Notes: generated by a model not told the origin, from the sequence alone. A stretch of DNA of 64,000 nucleotides from Puniceicoccales bacterium (GCA_031282835.1 JAITCU010000026.1:23-64022), one strand, 5' to 3'; shown: positions 27,463 to 39,400, counted from the first letter of the stretch. Made by a program: numbers and translations.

Positions 27463-27867
27463 ATGGTAAGCGGATTTGTTTTTTTAGCCGACGAGATGCA
27501 GGTGGCTCCCAGGAGCGGCGGAATATCGCAGTTACTGGTGTTCGCGCTGCTTTTTGTTGGAATGTGGTTCCTGTTCATTGCTCCCCAGCGGAAGCGGCAG
27601 AAACAGCACCAGGAGATGCTTAAGTGTCTCCGTCCTGGGAATGGTGTCCTCCTGGCTTCGGGCCTCTTAGGAAAGATCATCAAAATTAAAGAAAATTTGC
27701 TCGTTATTGAGATTTCCAAAGGCGTGCAGGTGAAGGCGATGCGAAGTTCTGTGCAGCGAGTGGTGGAAGAACCGGCGGAAAATGGCGAAAGTGAGGGCGA
27801 GGTGGCAGCGCTTGAAACGAAGGTTGAATCAAAGATTGAGCCCAAGCGTATGAAATCCAGGAAATAA
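27463..27867 (+). CDS. yajC: Preprotein translocase subunit YajC
   Basis: MWFLFIAPQRKRQKQHQEML..L..G..V...SGL.GKI; directly upstream of secDF. Confidence 0.93.
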   Translation: MVSGFVFLADEMQVAPRSGGISQLLVFALLFVGMWFLFIAPQRKRQKQHQEMLKCLRPGNGVLLASGLLGKIIKIKENLLVIEISKGVQVKAMRSSVQRVVEEPAENGESEGEVAALETKVESKIEPKRMKSRK

Positions 27868-27870
27868 GCC

Positions 27871-30114
27871 GTGGCGGTCGTGGCCAGACAAAATCAGCGG
27901 GGTATGTGGCTCCGCCTCATTCTTTCGTTTGCGCTTTTCGTTTGGGCGTTGGCCGTGCTTTTTCCTGGGAACTCCGTGGCCATCCGGCGGGGATTGGATC
28001 TCTCTGGTGGTACGTCGGTTATTCTGGAGATTTCCCCCGCAGCCCTCGCCAAGACTTCGGAGGGGCGGGCGGAGCAGCTTAAAAAGCTCGAGGAAATCAT
28101 GCGCCGCAGGGTGGACACCTTCGGCATTTCTGAGCCTGTTCTGCGACGTCGGGGAAATTCCCAGCTGGAGGTTCAGCTACCAGGAATTAGCACAGAAGAC
28201 CACGGGAATCTGATTGATACCATCAAAAAGCCGGCCAAATTGGAATTTCGGCTACTCCATGAGAACGCTTTTCGGGATATATTTAGCATCTTACCTCCCG
28301 CTGGCTATGAGTGGATCGCCCCCGCTCCCATGCCTGGGACGCCCGAATCGACACGCCCCATGGCCGTCCTTGTCCGCGATCGGGCTGAATTGTCAGGAAA
28401 TGCGGTCAAGTCCGCCCATGCGGTGATCAATTCTGCCGGCGGCTATGAGGTGAGCCTACAATTGACCGCAGAAGGTGCCAGGCTTTTCGAGCGGGTAACC
28501 CGGGAAAATCTGGGAAAACCCCTTGGAATCATTTTGGACGGAAAACTCTATTCCGCGCCTGTCATCCGGTCCATCATTGGCGACGGCCGTGCGTCGATTT
28601 CCGGAAATTTTACCGCCAGGGAAGCTAGAAATTTGGCGGGCGTACTCAATAACCCACTGGATTTCGAGCTGCTCGTGGGCAAGGTTAGTGAAATCGGTCC
28701 CACGCTGGCAAAGGAGATGCAGGCCAAATCCGTGAAAGCTGCAGCCATTGGGTGTGCCCTGGTTACCGCCATCATGATTGGGGTTTATGCACTTGGCGGC
28801 GTCATGGCCATGCTGTCCGTGGTTCTCAATGTCCTTACCATATTGGGCGTGCTTGCTACCATTGGTGCTACCATGACCCTCCCGGGAATTGCGGCCCTGG
28901 TTCTTACCGTGGGGATGAGTGTTGATGCCAATATTATCATTTTCGCACGCATGCGAGAAGAACTACGTTCAGGAAAATCGCCAGCGGATGCCATAATCGG
29001 GGGATTTAACCGGGCATTTCGCACGATCTTCGACGCCAATCTGACCACGCTCCTTGCCACTATCGTTATGGCGATATGCGGCACGGGACCCGTCCGCGGT
29101 TTCGGGATCATTTTCGCCGTCGGCGTCGGAAGTACCCTGTTTTCTACGCTAATTTTTTGCCGCGGGCTTATGGAATTTGGGGTCAAAGTTCTGAAAATTC
29201 GCCACATCTTTTTCCCACCCTTTCGCCGAAATTTTGAGATAAATTTTATGGCATGGCGGAATGGGGCTTTCCTATTTTCAGGGCTACTTCTCGTTGGTGG
29301 ATTTGTGACCATGGTCGCTCGTGGGAAAAATTTATACGCCATTGACTTCACCGGCGGGGAAGAAATGACCATCACCTACACCGGAGAATTTGCTTTGGAA
29401 GACGTTCATATGGCCGCCGGAGCCGTTGGCATCAAAGAGGTTATCCCATTCGTTCAGAAATCCGGAATGGAGGGAAGGGAGTTGAAAGTGCAAACACCGG
29501 CAGGCACGGGCGCCACCCTGTTGGCAAAACTCCAGGAATCGCTACCCCAGTGCGGGTTCCAATTGCAGCGGCAGATTTCCACGGGAAGCAGCATAAGCTC
29601 CGCCCTGCGGTGGAATGCGCTTATTTCGGTGACCCTTGCATTGTTTGTAATTTTTGGCTACATGGCCATACGGTTCAATGCGCGTTTTGGGATCTCCGCC
29701 GTCACCGCAATTGTCCACGACGTATGGGTTAGCGTTGGTGTCTATGCCCTTCTGGGATACCAATTTAACGCCTCGACCCTGGCTGCCATACTCATGATCA
29801 TCGGCTATTCCGTCAATGACACCATTATCATTTTCGATCGCATACGCGAGGATGGCGGCTGCTCCTCCCAGGGTGAGCTAACAAACGTTATTAATCGGGC
29901 CATTAACAGCACTCTTCCGCGGACCCTACTCACAAGTCTAACAACCCTTGTCGCCGCTGCAGCTCTTTTTATCTGGGGTGCGGGAGCAGCGAAGGATTTT
30001 GCCCTTCTGTTCCTCATCGGCGTCTTCGTTGGAACTTTTTCCTCCATTTTCATAGCCAGCGCACTTCTCCCTCTGATGGATCACGGGCGCCGCAGGGAGG
30101 CCATGGGGGCATGA
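27871..30114 (+). CDS. secDF: Fused protein translocase SecDF
   Basis: GLDLSGG, TLPGIAALVLTVGMSVDANIII, IDFTGG, GYSVNDTIIIFDRIRE. Confidence 0.95.
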   Translation: MAVVARQNQRGMWLRLILSFALFVWALAVLFPGNSVAIRRGLDLSGGTSVILEISPAALAKTSEGRAEQLKKLEEIMRRRVDTFGISEPVLRRRGNSQLEVQLPGISTEDHGNLIDTIKKPAKLEFRLLHENAFRDIFSILPPAGYEWIAPAPMPGTPESTRPMAVLVRDRAELSGNAVKSAHAVINSAGGYEVSLQLTAEGARLFERVTRENLGKPLGIILDGKLYSAPVIRSIIGDGRASISGNFTAREARNLAGVLNNPLDFELLVGKVSEIGPTLAKEMQAKSVKAAAIGCALVTAIMIGVYALGGVMAMLSVVLNVLTILGVLATIGATMTLPGIAALVLTVGMSVDANIIIFARMREELRSGKSPADAIIGGFNRAFRTIFDANLTTLLATIVMAICGTGPVRGFGIIFAVGVGSTLFSTLIFCRGLMEFGVKVLKIRHIFFPPFRRNFEINFMAWRNGAFLFSGLLLVGGFVTMVARGKNLYAIDFTGGEEMTITYTGEFALEDVHMAAGAVGIKEVIPFVQKSGMEGRELKVQTPAGTGATLLAKLQESLPQCGFQLQRQISTGSSISSALRWNALISVTLALFVIFGYMAIRFNARFGISAVTAIVHDVWVSVGVYALLGYQFNASTLAAILMIIGYSVNDTIIIFDRIREDGGCSSQGELTNVINRAINSTLPRTLLTSLTTLVAAAALFIWGAGAAKDFALLFLIGVFVGTFSSIFIASALLPLMDHGRRREAMGA

Positions 30115-30131
30115 AGGTTTCGCTTTCGCGG

Positions 30132-31259
30132 TCAAAGGATGCGGAGGGTCCGTGCCAATTCCACAACGAGAATCCCCACAAATATTAACCATAGAATGAG
30201 ATATCCCGCATGAAAACGTGGACGGCGGAGAAACGGCATGACGGGAACGATTCCAGCAATTACGTTCCCGAACACTCCACCGGCAACGCCGAGGATAGTC
30301 ACAAATAGGTGCGGACAAAGCAGGGCAATGGGTAATGGCACCATGACAAGCAACCCTTTAAATTTTTTTGTATCCCAGCGGATATCCGCCAATGCGCCGT
30401 CCATTGCCATGGCAATGCCCAGCAGGGAGGTCCCTATGGCCAGAACGGAGAAACACCTGCCGGCAATAAACACCACTTCGTGGGCATTATGATCAAGAAA
30501 GAGCGAAAACATGGGCACCCCTAACTTTGCCGCTTCCACGAGTTCTTCCTGGGAAAAAATACGGAACCCCAAAGTGAGAATAATTAACGTAACGGCCAAG
30601 GGAATAAGTGTCCCCAGCACCAGTGCCCGACGGATGGCGGGCCTGTGGTAACCCAACCGGCGGCACACCGTGGGGATAATTTGATGATATCCAAAACTGC
30701 ATAGGATGATGGGTAGTCCCAATGGGAGGATGCGCCAGTTGGAGATAGAGTGAAGCCCGTGCCCCGGACGGCAAAAGCCAAAGCCAACCATTGCGGCAAA
30801 GGAGGCAATCAAAGCAATCGTTGCCCAAGAACTAATCCGCTTTAAAGGTCTGCAACCACGGCACAGACCCATATAAACGCCAGCGCCCAGCAGGCAAATT
30901 ATCAGCTTGGATCCTCCCAATAAGCCGAGCAGGCCACTCCAGTAGGCAACCAATAGGCAAAAGGCGAGGGTAAAATAACTTATATTAAAAAGCGCAGCCC
31001 AATTCGCCCCCAGGCACTTCAAAAAAAGAGACGGTAAATCGTCTTGTCCAGATTCCACAACCAGGCGGACGATGAGCATTCCAGAGGCAAGTGTGCACGT
31101 GTACACCAAACAAACTCCAGCAACCGCAGGGTAATAGCCAGCCTGGCCAAGTGACAGCGGAAGTCCCAATTCACCGGCGCCGATGGTAATGCCAGCAATG
31201 AGAAGAGCCGCGTCCCATACGGATTTCCCGAAAAAACTTCGTTGCTCATTTTGCGGCAT
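30132..31259 (-). CDS. Aromatic amino acid permease (Mtr/TyrP, HAAAP family)
   Basis: LIAGITIGAGELGLP, SFGYHQIIP, multiple TM helices. Confidence 0.85.
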   Translation of the reverse strand: MPQNEQRSFFGKSVWDAALLIAGITIGAGELGLPLSLGQAGYYPAVAGVCLVYTCTLASGMLIVRLVVESGQDDLPSLFLKCLGANWAALFNISYFTLAFCLLVAYWSGLLGLLGGSKLIICLLGAGVYMGLCRGCRPLKRISSWATIALIASFAAMVGFGFCRPGHGLHSISNWRILPLGLPIILCSFGYHQIIPTVCRRLGYHRPAIRRALVLGTLIPLAVTLIILTLGFRIFSQEELVEAAKLGVPMFSLFLDHNAHEVVFIAGRCFSVLAIGTSLLGIAMAMDGALADIRWDTKKFKGLLVMVPLPIALLCPHLFVTILGVAGGVFGNVIAGIVPVMPFLRRPRFHAGYLILWLIFVGILVVELARTLRIL

Positions 31260-31401
31260 ATCTTTTTTGAAGCGTCAGTAGGCTTTTTGAGGGAAGCAAG
31301 GGAAAAGCATATGGAACAAGTGGGCACCACAGGCTATCGGAGGATTTAGTCAAAGCGCTTATGGGTTGCCAACGACCGATGGCGCGCCATGAACGGTTCC
31401 C

Positions 31402-32520
31402 ATGGATCCAAGGTATGAAAAGTTGGCTGAAAACTTAGCTGGCTATTCGATGGACGTACAGCCAGGTGAGCGGGTCTTGATTGATAATAGCGCGGCACCC
31501 GTGGAGATGGTTTTGGCGCTCATGCGTGCCGTGCGCAAACGCGGGGGAAGACCATTTATAAAAAGTTCCGATAGCCGCCTTCGCAGGGAATTTATCGCCC
31601 ATGGAACCCACGAAGATTTTGAAGCAATGGGCGATGTCGAATTGCGACAAATCCGACAAATGCAGTGCTATGCGGTATTTCGCGGGTCGCATAATACTTT
31701 CGAAATGAGCGATGTTCCCGTGGAACAACAGCAGGCCTACACCCAAGCGGTCAAACCCGCCCACGAATACCGCGTTAATAAAACCAAATGGGTTCTTCTG
31801 GAATGGCCGACCGGTGCCATGGCGCAGTCGGCACACATGAGCACGGAGGCCTTTGAAGAATTTTTTTTCCGCGTCTGCACCCTGGACTATGGGCGCATGA
31901 GACCGGGCATTGAAGCACTCCAATCAGCCATGCTGTCCACGGATCGCGTGGAAATTAAGGGCCCGGGAACGGATTTGCAGTTTTCCATCCGAGGCATCCC
32001 GGCCGTTCCCTGCATCGGGGAACGTAACATACCCGACGGCGAAGTCTATACGGCCCCCATCCGTGACAGCGTTGAAGGAACGTTGAGCTACAATACCCGA
32101 TCCATTTACCACGGAAAATGCTTCGAAAATATTCGATTCACCTTCCAAAAGGGGAAGATCGTAGAGGCGGTGGCCAACGACACGAAAACCATCAACGAAA
32201 TCCTCAATGGAGACGAGGGGGCCCGGTACATCGGTGAGTTCTCTTTTGGGTTTAATCCCCATATTTTGGAACCGATTTGTGACACACTTTTTGATGAAAA
32301 AATTGCCGGGTCATTCCACTTTACGCCAGGAAATGCCTACGAGAACGATGCAGATAACGGCAATCGGTCGCAAATTCACTGGGATCTGGTTTGCATCCAG
32401 CGTCCCGAATACGGCGGCGGAGAAATTTACTTCGACGGGAAATTGATCCGCAAGGATGGCCTGTTCGTTGTCCCCGGCTTGGACAGGCTCAACCCAACCC
32501 ATCTCCTTGGCAATGAGTGA
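31402..32520 (+). CDS. Aminopeptidase, M29 family (AmpS/AmpT-like)
   Basis: NIPDGEVYTAP, GEFSFG, LFDEKIAGSFHFTPG, NRSQIHWDLV. Confidence 0.92.
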   Translation: MDPRYEKLAENLAGYSMDVQPGERVLIDNSAAPVEMVLALMRAVRKRGGRPFIKSSDSRLRREFIAHGTHEDFEAMGDVELRQIRQMQCYAVFRGSHNTFEMSDVPVEQQQAYTQAVKPAHEYRVNKTKWVLLEWPTGAMAQSAHMSTEAFEEFFFRVCTLDYGRMRPGIEALQSAMLSTDRVEIKGPGTDLQFSIRGIPAVPCIGERNIPDGEVYTAPIRDSVEGTLSYNTRSIYHGKCFENIRFTFQKGKIVEAVANDTKTINEILNGDEGARYIGEFSFGFNPHILEPICDTLFDEKIAGSFHFTPGNAYENDADNGNRSQIHWDLVCIQRPEYGGGEIYFDGKLIRKDGLFVVPGLDRLNPTHLLGNE

Positions 32521-33493
32521 TCCCATCGCCTTTACGGTTCCGTCCAGATGTGAGGGCTTGCGTTTGGACGTGGCCCTTGCCCGATGTTTCCCGGAAATGA
32601 GTCGCACACGAATCCAACGGGCCTGCGACGGTGGGTTCATCCGTTGCAGCGGCCTTCCCCTGGCGGCAAAAACGAAGGTAAAATCTGGCCAAGACCTTTC
32701 CATCCGGTGGGTGGAACGTGAGGAAATCTCCATCCAACCACGGGCAATGAGTTTGGAAATTCTCCACGAAGATGAGGCTATGTTGGCCGTCAACAAGCCA
32801 AGCGGGGAAGTGGTCCATCCGGCGCCCCATGTGAAAAACTCCTTCGTAGAGGTCATTCTCGCCCATACCAATGGCCAGTTGGCAAAAGCGGCGGGAGTTG
32901 GCCGGCCGGGGGTCGTCCATCGCTTGGACAAGGAAACCTCAGGAGTTCTTATTTTTGCCAAAACGGACTCGGCGTACTACCGCCTGAGTCAGATGTTCAT
33001 GAATCGTCTCGTGGAAAAATACTACGAGACATTGGTCTTCGGGGTGATGCGCGTGCGAAGCGGATCCATCCATGACCCCATTGGTCGCGACCCGTCCCAT
33101 CGCACGCGCATGGCCATTCGCCGCAACGGCCGGCCAGCCCATACGGATTGGGAGTGCCATCGGATTTTTTCCCAACCCGGCATCTCTCAGCTCGTCCTGC
33201 AGCTACATACGGGCCGTACCCACCAAATCCGCGTTCATCTGGCATCCATGGGCCATCCCATATTGGGCGACGAACTTTATGGATTTCGAGGGGATCGGCT
33301 CCCTGGCTGGCAAATTCCACGCATCCTCCTCCATGCCACGCGCATTAAACTGAAACATCCACTAACCGGCTTGGAACTATCCATCCAGGCGCCACTGCCA
33401 GCGGACATGGAAAATTTTATCGCGTCATTGGTTGCGCCGGGAAAAAATACCCGCAGGCCACCGGATTTCCAAAAAGCATGGGCAAGCTTGTGA
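32513..33493 (+). CDS. rluD: RluA-family pseudouridine synthase (RluD-like, with S4 domain)
   Basis: RLD...SR S4 motif, NKPSG.VVHP, GVVHRLDKETSG, TGRTHQIRVH, GD.LYG. Confidence 0.9.
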   Translation: MSDPIAFTVPSRCEGLRLDVALARCFPEMSRTRIQRACDGGFIRCSGLPLAAKTKVKSGQDLSIRWVEREEISIQPRAMSLEILHEDEAMLAVNKPSGEVVHPAPHVKNSFVEVILAHTNGQLAKAAGVGRPGVVHRLDKETSGVLIFAKTDSAYYRLSQMFMNRLVEKYYETLVFGVMRVRSGSIHDPIGRDPSHRTRMAIRRNGRPAHTDWECHRIFSQPGISQLVLQLHTGRTHQIRVHLASMGHPILGDELYGFRGDRLPGWQIPRILLHATRIKLKHPLTGLELSIQAPLPADMENFIASLVAPGKNTRRPPDFQKAWASL

Positions 33494-34020
33494 AGGATTC
33501 ACCACAATCTCCTCGAATGGCCCTGCGGTCCTCCGCCGCGATTTACCAAAAATCCGCCAAAAATCTGCCGAAATCACAAAGTGGTTGACAAATGGCCATT
33601 CCCCAGCAATATGGTCACAGAATCAAGATTCTAACATGAGAGGATTAATATGAAAAGCAACACCGATACCACCGCACACGCATCAAATATTTTTGACGGC
33701 GATTGGGAACTACAAATGCTCCCAATCCCAGGACTGACACCTGGCTTCACACTGGAACTCCTATTTTTATGGGAATTTCCTGCGTCTTTGGGACGAGCCA
33801 GCCCGCTGTCAGTTGCAAAAGCCATTTAAGGAATATCATCAATGAACAAAAAAACTGAGCTAACTTGGCCAATCGGAAAACCCACGAGGATAAAATGAAA
33901 AAACTAATGGCGGATTATCACTCCAGTAAAATAACTAGAGACAATGATAGCAGGGAGCCTTTTAATTATGGCATGCATTTAGATAATCTTGCTATGAATA
34001 TTTTTACATTATTCACCCGG
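33480..34020 (+). repeat. Family-A dispersed element, copy 3
   Basis: TTGACA 33585, AGAATCAAGATTCT 33619-33632, GAGG, ATG 33650. Confidence 0.9.
33650..33829 (+). CDS. Small ORF1 of family-A element (59 aa; absent from ORF track)
   Basis: MKSNTDTTAHASNIFDGDWELQMLPIPGLTPGFTLELLFLWEFPASLGRASPLSVAKAI*, translated by hand. Confidence 0.5.
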   Translation: MKSNTDTTAHASNIFDGDWELQMLPIPGLTPGFTLELLFLWEFPASLGRASPLSVAKAI

Positions 34021-34117
34021 GCATTGACGTTTGCTAGGCGAGCGCCCATGGGGTAAATTTTAAATTTATTTGACGTTTTGTGTAACTTATTTTTGATTAG
34101 ATATAAGGTGGTGAGCC

Positions 34118-35704
34118 ATGATCGTGGCAATTGAGTCCTGGAAAGCAGGACTGTGGAAGTGGGAAAATATCACTCGTAATTTATTCAGCGGCATCGTGGT
34201 GGGCGTAATTTCCCTCCCCCTTTCCATGGCCTTTGCCATCGCTTCGGGTGTCGCACCGGAAGTTGGGATTTACACAGCCGTCGTGGCGTGCCTGTGTGTC
34301 TCCCTCCTGGGTGGCAGTCGATACCAAATCGCCGGACCCACCGGTGCATTTGTTCCGCTCCTGCTGGGAATCCTCCGGGAACACGGCCTGAGTGGATTGC
34401 AACTGGCGACACTAATGGCGGGTATCATCCTGATCATAATGGGATTTTTGAAATTCGGTCGATTGTTGAAGTACATCCCCACGCAGGTGCTCGTCGGGTT
34501 CACTTCCGGAATCGGAACCATGCTTTTCTTGGGGCAAATCCGACAATTTTTTGGGTTGCATGGCGACCACATTGCCATCGATTACCCGACGACATTCATC
34601 GGTCTCGGCTGCCTGGCGGTGATCGTCCTATCGCGCTTTGCACCCTATATGTGTCACATTCCGGCACCACTGCTGGCACTGTTTGCAGGTGGGATTCTGC
34701 AGGCAATTTTTCGATTTCCATCGGTGGCCACCATCGGATCCGAATTTGGCGGGATCACTTCTTCGTTTCCCAGTCTCTCGTTGCCAACGGGAATAAACTG
34801 GGACCACTGCGTCCTGCTTCTGGGTCCCGCCTTTGCTATTGCACTCCTGGGGGCAATTGAATCGCTCCTCTCCGCGGTGGTAGCCGATGGCATGACAGGG
34901 AACAAGCACCTGGCCAACCAGGAACTCATCGGCCAGGGTATTGCGAATATTCTCTGTCCGCTGTTTGGCGGGATTGCAGCAACGGGAGCCATTGCGCGGA
35001 CGGCCGCCAATGTACGCGCTGGCGGAAATTCGCCGCTTTCCGGAATCGTTGCCGTTGGGACGTTGCTGTTTATATTGTTGTTTTGCGCGCCGCTGGCCCA
35101 ATCCATTCCGCTGGCCGCATTGGCGGCAATTTTGTTTGTAATTTCCTACCACATGTTCGGATTTTCCTACTTCATTCATCTGCTTCGCCATGCACCCGTG
35201 AGTGACGTGGTTATTTTGCTCATAACATATGCTTTGACCGTTGCCTGTGGGCTGATGGTCGCGGTTAACGTCGGGATTGTCCTCTCCGCGCTGGCACTCA
35301 TGCAACGCATGTCGAAAGCCATTCACATCGACCGCAACAAGTCCCACGAATCCGAAGAGAATATGGAGCAACTCGCCCATTTGCCTCCAACGGTTGCCGT
35401 TTATACCGTTTCCGGGCCATTGTTTTTTGCCGCAATGGAAGAGCTGGAATTTGCCATTTCTCGGGTAGATCCGGAAGTAACAACCATCATTTTGCGCCTG
35501 GGGGAGGTCCCGTTCGTCGATACCACGGCTCTGGCCCATTTGCGGCGGATTATCGAAACCTTTGAAGCCGCTGGTCAAAAATTTATCTTTTGCGAGGCTT
35601 CCAAGGATGTTGCCCACAAGCTCCGCCGCGTTGGCATTGAAGATTCCCTGCGGGACAAAAATCCGCAAAAAACACTTAAAGCCGCAATTCGATACCAGGA
35701 TTAG
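34118..35704 (+). CDS. SulP/SLC26 anion permease with STAS domain (DauA-like)
   Basis: LPLSMAFAIASG, GPTGAF, ESLLSAVVADGM, NQELIGQG, GPLFF, VPFVDTT. Confidence 0.93.
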   Translation: MIVAIESWKAGLWKWENITRNLFSGIVVGVISLPLSMAFAIASGVAPEVGIYTAVVACLCVSLLGGSRYQIAGPTGAFVPLLLGILREHGLSGLQLATLMAGIILIIMGFLKFGRLLKYIPTQVLVGFTSGIGTMLFLGQIRQFFGLHGDHIAIDYPTTFIGLGCLAVIVLSRFAPYMCHIPAPLLALFAGGILQAIFRFPSVATIGSEFGGITSSFPSLSLPTGINWDHCVLLLGPAFAIALLGAIESLLSAVVADGMTGNKHLANQELIGQGIANILCPLFGGIAATGAIARTAANVRAGGNSPLSGIVAVGTLLFILLFCAPLAQSIPLAALAAILFVISYHMFGFSYFIHLLRHAPVSDVVILLITYALTVACGLMVAVNVGIVLSALALMQRMSKAIHIDRNKSHESEENMEQLAHLPPTVAVYTVSGPLFFAAMEELEFAISRVDPEVTTIILRLGEVPFVDTTALAHLRRIIETFEAAGQKFIFCEASKDVAHKLRRVGIEDSLRDKNPQKTLKAAIRYQD

Positions 35705-35744
35705 AAAAATCGGAAGGCCCAGCGCTTTTGGGGTGTGTTTTATA

Positions 35745-36270
35745 GCTGAGCTTGTGAAAGGTTTATGATTAAGCATTGTAAACATTAATTTCGAAGTAAA
35801 TAATGCCGCGAAATACATATGGAAAGAGCCTCCGAATGCGATGTGGCGACCAGAATGCTTAATGCCATTGTTGCCAGCGGGCCATTGGGCGAAATAATGA
35901 TGCGCAACTAATTCCCTATTGATGTCCATTGGTCCTCCGATCTGGCAGGCTAGCTCAGTTTTTTTGTTCATTGGCAACATTCTTTAGATGGCTTGCGCAC
36001 CCTAAAAACGCAGGAAATCCTCCAAAAATGGAAGCTCCCGCTTGAAGCCAAGCGGTGGGCTTGTGCACGGGAATATTTGTCGCATGGGTGCGGCAATGGT
36101 GGTATTTTTTTCATATTAAACCTCACATGTTAGAATTCCGATTCTGGAACCATATTGCTGGGATATAGTCATTTGTCAACCACCTTGTGATTTCGATGGA
36201 TTTTTGGCGAATTTTTGGTAAATTGCGGCAAAAACCGCAGGGACACTCGAGGAGGTTACGGCAGATCTTT
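35745..36270 (-). repeat. Family-A dispersed element, copy 4 (inverted; ORF1 frameshifted with deletions)
   Basis: Minus strand: TTGACA 36179, palindrome 36132-36145, GAGG, ATG 36114 followed by an A7 run. Confidence 0.88.
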
Positions 36271-36411
36271 ATCGGAGGGCCATATGGCAAGTTTCCCGAT
36301 GGATTAAAGTCCATTTCCACCATATATAAGCTATAAATTGCATGGACATATCGCCCCGGAAATACATCCGTGCATTCCCGGTCGGATCACATCTAATCGT
36401 CACACCAAATG

Positions 36412-39400
36412 CTAAGCTACCGGTTCGGGTGCACTAGATGCGGATGTGCCAAGCATAGACTCGATGGCTTCATGCGTTTTTTCAACCACAGCAATATATG
36501 TATCAAGGGAGCCACCTGCCGCTTTGCGTCCATCTTCATAGTACGAGGCAAGAGCGCCAACGTCCAGTTTAAGGGGTAGTACCGCGACAGCACCCGGCTG
36601 TGCATCCGGCTTGAGTACACATGAATCATTCGGTTGGGCAGTGCTATCAACGTTTCCGCCGGGATTCAGTGGAAGAGCGGGGTCGGGGTCGGGGTCGGGG
36701 ATACGCGCAGTGGCTTGTTGGCAAAGTGCAAGTACGGTAGCACGGTCTGGATTCTTCAGGTTAGCGATCTGCATCTTTATGTGCTCCATTTGGGCCTCGA
36801 ACCTAAATGGGAATTTCAAAAGTTTATCGAATTCCGAATCTTCGCTCCGAAATATTAACGGAAATCCGGCCAAAAGATACACAAACACCCATGCGAGAAT
36901 TGCCTTTACCTTTCTCGCAGTTGTCAACGATGCCTTCACTCGGGCAAATGATTCATCATATCCCCTAATCTCCTCCAAAAAAGACGCATACCTCTGGTCG
37001 AAAAGTTGTTTGATAACCACATCCACCCATTGTTTGATCTGGGCTAATTGGGCGGGTGAACATTTTTGTTGGACGCTCGCATTAGCCTGCAGCAGGGCGT
37101 TGCCTACGGCTTCTTGAAGAGTTCCCGCAGAACAATTTAGCATGCGGTCCTTGCTCAAATTGTCTCGAAATATAGCGGCCATAGTTCTCTGAAACATATC
37201 CTGGGCACACTGCCGATCAGATGGACTCAAATTTATATCATCCGTTTCCCAAAAGCCGAATAAACGTACCGCCTCTGACACAGTATCAGATATCTGCTTA
37301 CAGAACACCGCTAGAGTAGCTTCCACTCGCCCGTCCGCTGCCGTTTGGAGGGCTTCAAGTGGGCTCGTACCCTCAAAATCCTGTTTGCTGAATGCCAAAA
37401 ACGCCACCGCGGCTTTCTCTATACATTCACCGAGTCCAGGATGATATTCTTTATCAGTAATGCAGCAAATCATATCATACATAATGAGCCGTTCCGGAGA
37501 TAATCCAGCCAGGTCAATATGGCTTAGGAACTCCATGCATATTTGCACAAAAAGATCGACCGGCAGATCATTTAATACATTCCCTGTCATTTGTTGAACG
37601 ACTTCTTCCGTCAGCCCATCCCTTCGTTGTGATAAAAAGAGGGCAACAGCAGAAGAGTTCCACGGCTGCTCCAAAGTCTTAGGTACTAACTGTGACAATG
37701 GGAACATCGAGGCCGACACTGTTCCTTTACGACTCCCAGTTCCCCCATTCTTTGTAAAAAGCTTGGCAATGGCAGCTTTCTCGTCCTCGTCCAACGGTAG
37801 GAGGCCCGCTTGCCTTCTTCGGTCGCTCTCTGTTTCGCATAAAAGCACGAAAGCTGTTACTGTGGGACCCGTAAATTCGTTTGGATGAGCCGGATCCATA
37901 AATCTCCGAAGCCATTCCACTGGTATATCACTATATCTCCCAAGCAACAACAAAGCTTCATAAATTTCTTCCCCATGTTCTGGTAAGGCATCTTTATTCC
38001 CGACCAATACGCCTCCATTTGGCGTAAAAAGCACCGGCTTTCCGGGCGCCCAAAGATTCGCATTTGCAATGTATCGGTTCGCCTCGAAACCATCGACAAT
38101 GAAGGTTTTGCCATGCTGCGGATCTACCATGATGAAGAACTCGCCACCCAACTCGTGAAATGGCCATCCAATCTGCGAATCCTCAGTCAGGCAGGCCAAA
38201 TTCTTAGTTAGGTACAGTCTTGAAAAAAGCGTACCAGGATTTGGATACTTCTCATCTTGGGTCCGCCATCCGCGGAACATGCTCGCGTCGACTTTAATCG
38301 CATATTCAGACGGAACTCCTTCCATCAGGTTCAACTCATCTTTTACGCGCGGGTTACTTGACGGAAAGGTGGTGGTCGTCGTAGTCAAAGTGCATTGAAC
38401 ATTCAACGAGCATTCTTGCTGGTTTTCAAGTTCGAACTGAACAGTTTTTTGTACAATTGTTTCCACCTGCTGCTCGAGCGTTGAACCGCCACTTCCGCCC
38501 ATGGCCGAGGAACGGTACATGAAACCCTTAAGACGCTTCCCTATATCTTCTAAGAATAAAGGCAATTCGCCTTTGGGCGCGTTTAAGGCAGTAAACGCCC
38601 CTCTTATTTTTGCGAAAGCGGGACAGTTTTGGTATTTGTCGAGAACATCTAAAAATTTAGATGTATACATCCTCGCTTGCCTCTGAATAATTTCGACTCC
38701 AGGTACCATCGATTGGCGGCGCGCACAGGAGGAAATTACATCAAGATCCACATTTTTCACAAAAAAATCACAAAATGCGCTCAGAACAAGTTTCGCATCC
38801 GAAAAGCTAAGATTGGCAATTGCATCTACAAGGATTGATTTAAACATGTAGTGCAGTTCGTTAAGGGCTGCTTGGAGTATCAAGGTTTTATTATTTTCTC
38901 CTTCATTTTGCGCTAGTAATGCAAGAAGTTGAACCAGTTGCTCTTGCGTCGGAAGATCTTTTAGCCCCTCAGTCCGTGGGCATTCTGCAACTGCTATACA
39001 TATTTGCTGCCCAGTAAAATACTGGCGAAGACGCATTATCGCCTGCGCCCACTCTTCTGGTGTGTTTGTATTTGGATTTGCGGTCATAATCCCATAAGCA
39101 TTGGCCGCAAATTGAGCATCCGTTCCTGTCGCAAGTCGCTCGGAAAAAAATGCCGCACACTCGTCGGGATTGAGGCCCGCCTTTCGTAAATCAGCGGACG
39201 TAACGCCAGTGAGATGTTTGTTGTTCTTCCCGTCACCGCGGATGTCATAGGCAATGAAGTTCCCACCCGAATCTTCGCAGACAATCCACTCAACACCAGC
39301 ATTATTGTCAATTAACTCCTGCCCAAATTGGACCAAAATATCATGGAGACTTTTTACTTTAAATAGCCCACCTCTATCCACGAGAAGACGAACCTGGGAA

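Noticed and set aside
34628-35980. 450-aa minus-strand ORF
   Set aside because: Mostly the antisense shadow of sulP; only its first ~80 codons derive from family-A copy 4.
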